A DNA stretch of 63,544 nt, counting the filler, from Dirinaria sp. TL-2023a (taxonomy: Eukaryota), in NCBI GenBank assembly GCA_051941275.1. It is 4 parts of 4 records of this genome, joined end to end, with 100 filler letters (N's around TTAATTAATTAA, not from the genome) between each part and the next. Parts side by side here need not be neighbours in the genome. Positions count along the whole stretch, not along the records: positions 47,769 to 63,544 come from JAVEBF010000527.1; 3 more parts are not named here. One strand, 5' to 3'. A model generated the notes under the pieces. It saw only the letters and a list, made by a program, of their open reading frames with translations, had not been told where the DNA came from and did no database searches. This document shows positions 49,512 through 60,190 of the stretch, in pieces (the first letter of the stretch is position 1; each line of letters opens with the position of its first letter). The position numbers and the translations under genes are program-made.

Positions 49512-51418
49512 CTACCAGGTGAAAGCTTCCTCCCAGAAGTCGACGTTGCCGTCGTCCATCACGCCTCTTGCCGCCTTCCTCACATCGTCCGCCAGCGCAC
49601 CGGGTCCACAGATGCCGATCGTCATCGCACCGACGCGTTCTTCGAATTGCGTGTTCACTACGCTTTCCACACCGGCCCTGCCGGAGCGGATCTGGATCCC
49701 CGACGGAGAGGTGGCGGGCGCCTCCGCGGGCTTGCGCAACTGCGTCACGTAGGTGATGATCTCCAGATCCCGGCCGTGCCGCTCCATGCGGCTCAGTTCT
49801 TCCAGCCACGGGAGCGCCCATTGAAGCTGCTGCAGCGATCGGACGGACCAGACCAAGACCAGCTTCTGCGTTGCGCATGTCCCCGCCGCCCACCCGCTAA
49901 TGAGGTGCTGCATGTGCGAGAGCTGGTGCGTGATGCCCACGCCGCCGGCGAACAGTAGTACTGTTCCGTATGAGGCTAGGGATTTGGATGAGCCATAGGG
50001 ACCCTCGATGAGGGCAAGGCAGGTGTAGAGGCCGTTCGGGGACGACTTTGCTTTGTCGAAGAGCTTCTTCGTCATACCCGTTCGGGCGGCCATAATGCAT
50101 GAAACCGTGTGGCTTGAGCCGCTGGATGGACGCTTTGTAGCCACCTCGACGTCCTCCATGATAGATGGTGCTGGTGAGGTGATGGGTGAAAACTCTGACA
50201 CGGTGTCGCTGTTATTGACCATAGCGACACTGAAAGGGTGCGACATCCACAGGGAAACGCTCGGTATATAGGCGTAGATATGGCGGCCTGGACTCTCATC
50301 AAAGCTTCGGCGGACGTCAAATGTCACTCTGCAGGCACCGCTCTCAAGTGCCTGGACGTGTGCTTTAGTGACGCCTCGGCGGGCAAGATTGCAGTAGACG
50401 AGTCTTGCGATTCTGAGAAGCCGCTCAAGCACCCAGATTCCTATCACTGTGTATATGATGGGTTTCTGAGGCAGGTTGTCAATCTGGATGTGGGCGGCCG
50501 TAGCTCCTAGCACGATAATCGCGAGTATTTGGTGGGTGTGGAGGAAGACTTCGTAGAAAGCGTGACGAATGGCGGAGGGACTTTGCACGATAATAATCAG
50601 CATGGCGATCATTGACGCCAAGCCAAATTGCGCGAAGCGGTCGGTCATGAAAACCTGGGTAATCCCGCCGTATCCAATGGCATTATGATTGTTGGCAAAC
50701 CAAGCGGCAATGTGGACGACAGTCTCCAGAACAATGACTCGTCCGATCCATCTGTGGAAGAGGTTGAAGGTGTCGAAGGAAACAGCCAAGATAGGGATAA
50801 GCGGGTTATTTCTGGCAGCGAACAAGACGAGTACCAACATGTTGACAACGGCCAGGTGACCTGACCGACCGCGTAGCTCAGCGATGAGTGCCGCCCGGGG
50901 CTGTCCATGGTAATCGAGCAGGCAACAGTAGACCACATTGCTGAGCAGGAAGGCCACCAGAAGCAATGTGTGTAATCTTGACGGCAGTGTTCCCACGCTC
51001 ACTGCTTTCGATAATTGTATTTCTTTGTTATGACGGGAGCGAAAGAGCGGGGCTTGGAGGACGTGTTTATTTAATTTGGTCCAGAAGGCTGAGCCTTGAG
51101 TCCAATATCTGTGCTGGTCCCGACTCAAGGGGACTGTTATGGCTAATCGTAGATTGTCGTAGAAGAGTCGCGCAAGACGGAAGATCAGAACAATTATAAC
51201 GAGAATAGCGATGGATATCCAAAGCCCTCGGCTGCGGTGCTTTTAGCATGATTCATGGGTGGGCAGTGGACCTCTTACGTTGTGATATCGTTGACATGAA
51301 GATTAACGCCAGTAAGGCCATGCGTATATGGCAGTATGCTTTTAGAAGTTGAAGACAATGTTTCATTCTTTGGCGCGTCGTAGGGTGAAACTGATGATGT
51401 GGGCGCCATTGAGACCAT
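49512..51418 (-). CDS. Ferric/cupric-chelate reductase (FRE family)
   Basis: Heme-ligand His motifs (FHRWIGR, VHI, FLHTHQ, AH), HPFS, EGPYG, LFAGGVGIT, CGP, terminal EEAFTW. First exon MVSMAPTSS... with one intron at about 51233-51278. Confidence 0.93.
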
Positions 51419-54400
51419 CAAGGGAATGTGCTATACTGTTTGGAAACTTGATATGCTGCTATGCTGATGTCACACAAAAGCTGAATGATAAAATTATAAT
51501 ATAGCGCCCCAGCAGCCCGATGAGGGCTATATAAGATAGATATCCTGTCCATACTTTGATGGATGGTCACACCCTTCACTATCACAATAGCATTGCTCGA
51601 GCCAGCCAGCCACGAAAGGCTTACATCCAGAAGTAGCATTGCTACCATCACTCAAGCAAGCTCACTGCGAGCTGCAAGAGCTACTTTTGTGGAGCAAGTA
51701 TAGCTAAATGATAGAAATAGCTTTTGTGCACAAACTATAGGTCTATCGTAAAATGTGGCTTGCGAGAGCGGAGTCGAGGTACCATCAGCCTGTGCTCAGC
51801 CTCATAAAAAATTGATGGGTCTGACTGATAAGCTCCGAAGCTGGAAACACACCCACGAACACGGGTGCATCCGTATTGGTAAGTCAGCTTAGAGATGAGA
51901 TTCAGCGGTTCAAATTACCGTACTGGGCGTGGAGAAGCAGGTTAGTGCAGGCCATGCGCAATAATTAACAACGCGATAAGACACGTGCGTGAGCTTTGAT
52001 CCGACAGCTGCATTGATTATTGGGGCGCGCGATTGGATGCTCAGATGCTGCCTGGTACGGAGTACCTTCGTATTGTTGTATTTACAGCTGCACCGTTTGT
52101 TAAGGCTGCATGAGGGGCTGCCAAGCTAAGGATTCGTACTCGTTCTAGAAGGATTCTTGGTCACATGTGGTTAAGGCCGTAATGTGAATCGAGTCAGAGG
52201 GGCAATAAATGCGACGCATCTGATAGCTCGATCGTAGCGCGAAAATTTGGTTTCAGACATACTCAGAAGGATGAATGCCATTAGGAAGTACGCACAGAGG
52301 GCACACCCGAAGATTCGAACCAGACGCGCGCGGCGACAGTACTCACAGGGAGAAGTGAAAGGCCACCGCGAAGAATCGTGGGCACTTTTTAGTCACACAC
52401 GATAGTAGATGATAAGAGTCAGCGCCAGCAAGCGAAGATACTGAATAATCCGCGCTGAGGAAGTCTCACTGCAGCGTGTCACAACCTGCACGAAATTAAT
52501 GAAATGAGACTAGTCGACGTGCCTAATGTGGTGGTGTGATGTGCTGCAACATAGGGAGGACGATGGTTGGAGTACAGAGATACGTACAGCTGCGCCTTGA
52601 GAGCTTGAGAAGTATAGGCGCCCAATCAGATATCAGGACTAGGCCATTAGCAATCGTGGCGTCTGCAATACGATTATTGGACCACTTACACTTCCCGAAG
52701 CCATTCGCTTGACTCTATTGTCACCATTAATAATGATGGACACTTGAAATTTACCTTCACACTACTGTGTGTGTGCTTATATGGTAGAATACGGAGTATG
52801 GATCAAGTACGAGTACCTGAGCATTTCCACACGCCGGGCTTTTGCCTCCACAATCATTCACAGAGCTCGCTTACTGAGCTGAAATGGCAGCAATGAGGCA
52901 ACCTGCTCGTTCTGCCTTCACTTTGAGCCACGCCGTACAGTCAGCCATAACAAATTTTGTTGACCATTGACGCATACCACCTCCTAACAATGGAGAGGCT
53001 GAAATTTTCCTGTACATAAAGCTTAGATTTAGCTCTGTCGCGAATGTTCAAAGTATTCCTTACCAATCTAGACTGGGGAAGGGGGCAAGGATACTTTAGA
53101 GTTAGTAGCTTCCGGTCAGCGAGCGAGCACAAAGCAGCAGTGAAGCCGCCACCTGGTCTGGCTGTGCTTGAGGATTGGCTATGGTGTATTAGAGTCATAG
53201 TATACTCGATGCTGTATAAATCTATTCCAAGCCTGCTAAACCTTCTCTTAGTCACGGCAGTCTGAGAATTGAGAGTAACGCATGCAATGAAGGGGTTCTC
53301 CCGTAAGGAGAAATTTCTAAGCTCGGTCAAGGGAGTTTTGGATGCTCTATTGCCTCCATAAACCCGGTGCTCAGTAATTGCTTGGCGGAAAACTCAATAC
53401 ATTCTCTATCTTCCACTTAGCGGCTATTGCTGTGCAACCGTTTCACCCACTTTTGCGTCCGTATTAGCCGAAGCGGTGGTGGCAAGAATTCCTAGAATGG
53501 GAGAAATCACACTCCTTAAAGTGACATTATTTTGTGAGAGTTTCAAATCTTCAATTTGTTGATGTGTGGAGGAAGCTGCCACCGCAGAAGCCGATTTATC
53601 CTTCGCAGGACAATCAAACCCAAGAAGTCAAACATCCGATGAAATGATGTGTACACGCGGCAGGCCCCCACAAGGCCTTGCTGAGATGGTACTTCCTGGT
53701 ACTCAATCCAACACGGAGCAACTCAACATATTCTGAAAAGATGAGCGAGACGGTTTTGTTACCAGCTTTGAGTTCAGTTGGGCTTTGGCAGTCTTATGAT
53801 AGAGCCTGTTCAGACGTTCTTTGATGATCTTGTCGCTCCGAGCCCAGATTGGCAAGGTCCTTGATGTTTTCGATGATGCACGTTGATCCAGCCAGGAATG
53901 ATTTGTCAAAGACCAACCCATTCTCGGGTGACTAAGGTACGGAGAAGAGCGTCTACGAAGACTGTGATATCGTCAATCGTAGTAGCAATCCCAAAAAAGG
54001 GGGAAAAAACACCCAGCCGGCCCGCCCCCCGCTGTGAATCGATTATTCAATCTCTGCGCCGAACGTCCTTGCTCCATGTGCCAGTCGGGCAATCCTAGGA
54101 CCTTGTCCAACTCCCGTGTTCTCGGATCAAGAGCATGCTTTTCAAGCATGAGCTGAACGCTGTTCAGAAGAGGGCGAATTTCTGCTTTCTCATAACTTAT
54201 TTAGCGAGCGCTTTGGTAGAATGCCATGTGCTATGGGAAGGAATGGTTCAGGATATAATTACAAAAGTAGTTAGAGCGAGAGCATTCTTCGCATATGCGT
54301 CGGATGAAAGAAGAGGAATGTAATACAGGAGATTTGAGTAGGGTTGATCAAGGTTTGGTAATAGATATACACAGGGTAGTAAGGAAGTTTCCTAGAAGTG

Positions 54401-54892
54401 TGAGTAGTGTAAGTCTTTGATAAAAGAGAAGGTATGCGACGATAAACCCTTGATAAGCAATGAAGGGAGCAGTCTTCGTAATTTGAGATTGTATGTGAGA
54501 GTGATCTGGCTCTTCGAGTAAAGATAGCACTGTCTTGCATCGAGTGATTTTGGGCGCACTGGCCGCTGTCTGGCTAACGTTTCCGTATTGTCGATGTTCA
54601 ACAGTACTTAGTAACAATTCATAGTTTCTCGAACAATCTCTTGCTCGATGACTTTTATGGTCAGTAACAATTATGATTGTTGAAGCGGGAATACCTATGC
54701 TTTAGTACCCGCTCGAGCCTCATCAACCCCACGACCATGCGCATAAGTCGCCTTTGCTCTCCTCTCCCTGCTAAGCGATCTATCCTCGCCTTCGTCATCC
54801 TGCATGTCAATAACTCGAGTCGTATTTTCGAACAATAACACCCTACAATTAGCGTTTCGGTTTTTCTTCCTCATCAATTTGAACTCGAAACC

Positions 54893-55661
54893 ATGGTTCC
54901 AACATACAGCTTCTCTTTCCCTCTCTTTCTCTTCCCATTACTGATCTCCGCCCAAACGACCTGCGACTCAGTCCTCATGGGAAGCGTTCGGGCCCCGGAC
55001 TGCAGGAGTGCATTCGAAAAAATGCCCTATGTGACGAATCCGTACAGTAGGGCAGAGACGGCGGACCGCGCCTTCGTCGAGCCACAATTCGGGCAGCAAC
55101 CGTTCAGCCCCTTGGAAAACCCGCTACCCCGGAATACGATGGTGCAGATCCCCAAGATCTGGCGGTCTAGTGAGTTCAAGTATAGCGAGGTAGTTTCGAG
55201 CAGGGGGCAGAGGTGCTGATCCAATTCTCTAGCGGGTGGCGCATGCCGTATCGCATTGATGAGTATGACGGACGTAGAGGGCGTTTTGCGCAGACCAGTG
55301 ACGATCACAAATTGGAAAGTTGTACTGGATGATGCCATGATAATGAGGAACAAATGCACCCGCATGAGGACTGGAGCTAGCGGCGGAGTCCAATTAGTAC
55401 CTGGTGCGCCCTCGTCGAAATCGAATTGAAATCGAAAGACTTCAAATCTATGGCGTTGCTGATCAAATGATAGATGGCGCCGACGAGACTCTGATGGTAG
55501 TGTATATGTATGCGGCCGGCTCACCGTTCGAGGCAATGATGAACTCCTACATGAGCAGTTCGAAGGCTATTAATCCATACGACCTATTACCGGGCTTAAT
55601 AATAATGGCCGGCAATTCGACAAATCTCACCAGGAAAGTATCGCAGGCGATCGCGTCTTGA
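54893..55661 (+). CDS. Small secreted 4-Cys protein (uncharacterised), 3 exons
   Basis: Signal peptide ...LFPLLISA. Introns 55170-55232 and 55404-55473 give a continuous frame: C..DC...FVEPQ...NP...QIPKIW/TGGACRIAL...TNW...C...GG/...MYAAGSPF. Confidence 0.8.
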
Positions 55662-56065
55662 TAATATAGGCAACCTCGTGGGCTGTAGACAAGACAAAAA
55701 CCCAGACAAGCCTTGAATCACACAATTAGATAATTGCATGTGCCAGAGTTCATTCGCTGCGCGCAAAGGATCAGATCAATGATTCGACAGGTCAGTATGT
55801 ATGGCTCGCTCATCGCATAGTCAGAGAACACGCATCGGACATCACCCTTTGAAATCACGCTTGCCTCAGTTCGGACTCTGGGTATCCGCGTTTTATCAAG
55901 GCCACAGCGATAGCTGCGCCTCTCGCCTAAAACCTACCGTTGTACACTAAAAATCAATTGCATGTAGCAGGTGATCCACCACTGGTTCTTAATGGTCCGT
56001 GGCAGATTGTTTGAGCCATTGTTTTCGGGTCTTTTTCTGCTTCTTTATCTTGATTCCAGAGGCCG

Positions 56066-56840
56066 ATGCCCGCACGAAGCCAAACGGTGAGGGCCAGGAT
56101 ATGGGCTGCTTTACACTTCCTACTCTTCTTTCTGACTGCACACGCCGATCCTGAAATTTACGTAAAATGTAGCAATGCACCTTATGGAAATCCAAGAGCG
56201 AGCGCATGCACCGGATTGCTTGCAACTTTCGGCAACCAACACGATAACAGATGGCAGCTTTTCGACGAGGAGCAGCTTTTAGAACTCCCTGACCGTAGCT
56301 GGGTCGGCACCGTCAACCCATTCAGTACTACAGGGATTCAAGTACCGCGATACTGGAATGCCCGTAGGTCTCCACATGGCGGTGCAGAGGCTTGTGACCT
56401 GCTAACGTACCTGTGCAGAGGGCTGCAATGTTGCACTCTTGACGTATCCTAGTCATCTAGTCATTAAGATAGGGGTGACCACCTGGGAATTCATTACCAA
56501 CGGACTCAAATCTGTTTTCGACAGTTGCGTTCAGCGGCAAGGACTTGGTGGTTTTGTAACACTGTCTTCTGGTAAAGATACCAGCCAATCATATTGGGGA
56601 TATGCGTGGGAATGCTGAACTTCTTACTATGTAGTTACACTCCCTTCCCGGCCGATCTTGAATGCGTTCGTGTGGCAAGACGGATCCTATTTCGATTACA
56701 TTGTCAACGAGTACCAGAACTATCCGCACGCAGTAGATCCCAGAGGCCTTGTGTGCATCGGCGCATCCAACGGATGCCATAACGGAACAGCACTGTCAGT
56801 CAGTAGCGCAGGATCCACAAGTAATATTTCAGTAGCCTAA
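56066..56840 (+). CDS. Small secreted Cys-rich protein, tandem paralog of 54893-55661, 3 exons
   Basis: Signal peptide ...LLFFLTAHA. Introns 56364-56418 and 56572-56634 give C..AC...FDEEQ...NP...QVPRYW/QGCNVAL...TTW...C...GG/...VWQDGSYF. Confidence 0.8.
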
Positions 56841-58378
56841 GCCTCTACATGGCCGGTTGGGCCTTGACTCGCGTCTGCAGAGATGGTTAGCACGTTGATA
56901 GACCAATCGTCACGCAAAACTTACAGTCTACACTAACAAACGCGCGATCTACTTCATTGAGCCCTAATAGTTGTAAATGTGGTGAAGACCACGCGGATCT
57001 CCGGGGCATACCTTCTAAGCAATACTGCAGTGTCTCAGCAATGTCGTGTGCTTTGCTCAATCTTGTCTCCTTATCTAGCATTATATCCATTTCCACCCAG
57101 ATACCGTCACCTGCGTGATACGCAGTGATCGTTTTGTAAGCCGACACCACGGGTGCAAATCGCCAAGCCATGAAAGTGATCTTGTGAAGGAGGCGATCAT
57201 CGACTGCCGAACCACTGAGACGAGTAACATTTTCCAGGCACGTTTCTGCCCAGTCATAAATGATAAAAAGCGAGAGAAGTGCGGCGCCGACGGGATCGAG
57301 CCACCACAAGTCGAGTTGATGGCCTATCAAGGGAAACAGAAGAGACAACGTGTTGAAGACAACGTCGGTTTTGCAATCTGCGAATCATTTAGGGCGCCCT
57401 TTACAAGGTACAGAAGCGACTTACCCTGTGCTAGAGCTTGGACCTGTGTAGTTTTGATCCTAATACATCCAAACCATATGATGCCTTTCACTGTCACAGT
57501 TGCTACCAATGCCCCAATGGCCGTTGGTGGCAGTGTTGCCGCATCTCGCGGTCCTCCAGGCAAAAGCTTGGTGACAGATTCTTGCAAGATTTGAAGGAAT
57601 GATACGATCATAATGATTGAGAAAACGAGTATTCCCAGAGGTTCAAGGCGTCTGCGACCCACCGGAAATTTATGCTGTAGCTTCCGAATTCTCCACTGGA
57701 CTAGTTTGTTGGTTGTCCATATGATCAGCGTGCAGAGAAGGTCGAGCGCCGAGTCGACAAGAGAAGCGATGAGTGACAAGGACGAAGAGGTGAAGGCAGC
57801 TATGACTTTGGCAACCAGGAGCAGGATGTTCGCAATGACATTGATCTAGCCGGGGTCAGCAAACCCTGGAAGCCTCGCCTTGAACGTCGGCATACGTTGA
57901 TGGCCCACTTTGCATTCCTTTGGCCTTTCTTCCTCTTCTCCCGCTCGTCTTCAGGCAACAAAGGCTCGATGTTTCCTCCTGTCTGCTTCAATGCACCGCC
58001 CACTTCTGCCACCCCATCTTGATCCAGGTCCCGTGGGTTCATGCTGTCGAGAATATGATCCGCCATACTTGTGACAAGCGTGTCCACTTCCAGCCAGTCA
58101 TTGAGACTGCTGTTCTGTTGCTCGTAAAACTTTCTCAACTTTTTGTCCTTCATCTGGTTGATCTCGTCAATGCTCTTGCGGTATTTCTCCAGGCTGTTAC
58201 GATCCACCCCTTCTTTGAGCTTGTGTTTGAGTTCGGCATGGAAATTGTCCTCGATAGCTATATTGACCACGTCTCGAAAGCGGGGTCTTCGACGAGTGGC
58301 GGAGATGGCGCTTTCCAGGTCATCGGGCTTGTAATTGTAGCTGCCGTTGAAGGCTTTTGGGCGTGGCTTGCCGACCAT
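56837..58378 (-). CDS. Cation diffusion facilitator (CDF) metal transporter, Mn-CDF/MTP-like
   Basis: FYEQQN, SLVDSALDLL, GRRRLEPLG, WWLDPVGA, AYHAGD, HDIAETLQ, EVDRAFVSVD/YASQGPTGH. Four introns, ATG at 58378. Confidence 0.92.
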
Positions 58379-60190
58379 GATGGTGGAGGGGTTTAATCTG
58401 GATTGGATGGTGAGATGGTTAGGCTCGAATGCTGTTGTTGGAGAGAGAAAGCTTCGCAAAGCATGCAAAGAGGTACAAATTGGTGTTGTAGACTTGTAGT
58501 GCTCCTGCCTCTGAACCTGTCCGTCCCCTTGTAAGTTGTGTTCCTTGATTTCTGCACGTACTTTAGTGCCGAGGGTTTAATTTCGCGACGCGACGATTAT
58601 CTCCGTTAATTCCAGAGTTCTCGGATCTCCCACGCCGAAGTTTTTCCGGACTCAAACATACTGTACTCGTACCTAAGTAATGTGCATAAGGTATGTATGT
58701 ACATGCCTCACGACTACCTAGGCCTCCGTACCTCTCAATTGTTCTCATACTCACCAATGACCCCATCTCATTAGGGTGTGAAACTCAAAGGCATATTTAA
58801 AATTTCAATTCTACAGTAACTAATCAGAAATCGGAACCGAATACTCAAGGTCTAATTTCTGAATCCTGCTTGAACGTCAAGGAGTCAAACATGGATCTAA
58901 ACCCTTGGTAGAGACAGGCTGATGACAAAATGTATGGAACTTGTTTGGAAGAGTATTACACTGGTCTTGGCAAGAGAGCGTCGCTGACCCAGTATGGAAT
59001 TGAGGAACTCATTGTCTTATGCGAGATAGTAATCCGAATTTTCAAGAAATAGGGAATCTCAATAGTCGGTGGTTCAAAGCGTTCCCAACCACATGCGTAG
59101 AGCTCCCAAGAACACAAGTTGCTTCTTGGTATTAAAATAATATAATGAGACTGTCTGTACAGTACTGTCCGTAAATGATCGCGAATCCTGGAACGGCGAG
59201 TAATGAGCCTTCCGAACGGGTTTCATATCCATATCCTATTCATACTTAGGTGCATACTCATGACTAATAATAATGAAAGGGGCCACGGAGGTTCCTCCAC
59301 CGCTGCTCCATATCAATCCCCATGGGCCATAACAAGGAAAGCAGAGCATAAAGTTGCATAAATGCATAATTATGGCTTGCCGGGCGCTTGTCGCTTGTCG
59401 GCAAAAAGTCAACTTCTGCCGTATGAGAGAAAAGGGATGCAGAAGCTGTCGGTCACTCCGAAAATAGAAGAGATGAAGTCAGGATGGGATGATCTTGCCA
59501 AGGCAACGACCGATCTATCGTCATTTACTTGCGCCGAGGGTCTAAGATCGGAGGGACGGCTCGTATACAAGAGTTCCTTCCAGTAATTGAAGATCGAAGG
59601 ATCATAGGATGACAACGGGAGATGTCGAATTCTCCAGCTTAACTAACTAGTACGGGCTACGGATCCCACGCTTGTCATGTTTCACCCAAGCCTCCCACGC
59701 ATATTCTCCTCGTGATCGTCTTACGGATTCTCGAATGGAGCGCACAAATAATGCTATACCTTGGATCTCACACGGCCGGACCTAGTCGGGCCATGGGCGT
59801 TTCGCTTTATTTGAAGGAGCGGCGGCGGTGGAAACTCGTCCATTGGGCAGTGATTATTGCTGACCCATGACACACAAGAGCATTCTAGGGTCCCGTCACC
59901 AAAGCGGATCATTCAATCCTGTACGACCCCACAATGAGGCGATCCAAATAATTGCTGGGTGTGACCGCTGCGCAGATTACGGTTGTATAGCCGCGAGAAT
60001 ACCAAGCATTCTGCGCGTAGATGTTTCGACTGATTCATGCGCATCTCAGCCATGTGTACCTTACATAAGGTATGCAAGAGCCATTTGCGCAATGACTTCC
60101 TCGCGTTCTCAATGCTGCTCTCGACCTACCTTACAGTCCTCTCGTTTAATGACGACTGCGCGCACATTCAAATGCCCATTCGTCACCACG

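Noticed and set aside
52295..52330. tRNA-like GGTTCGAATC on the minus strand
   Set aside because: Flanks do not form a T-stem or acceptor stem, so there is no cloverleaf.
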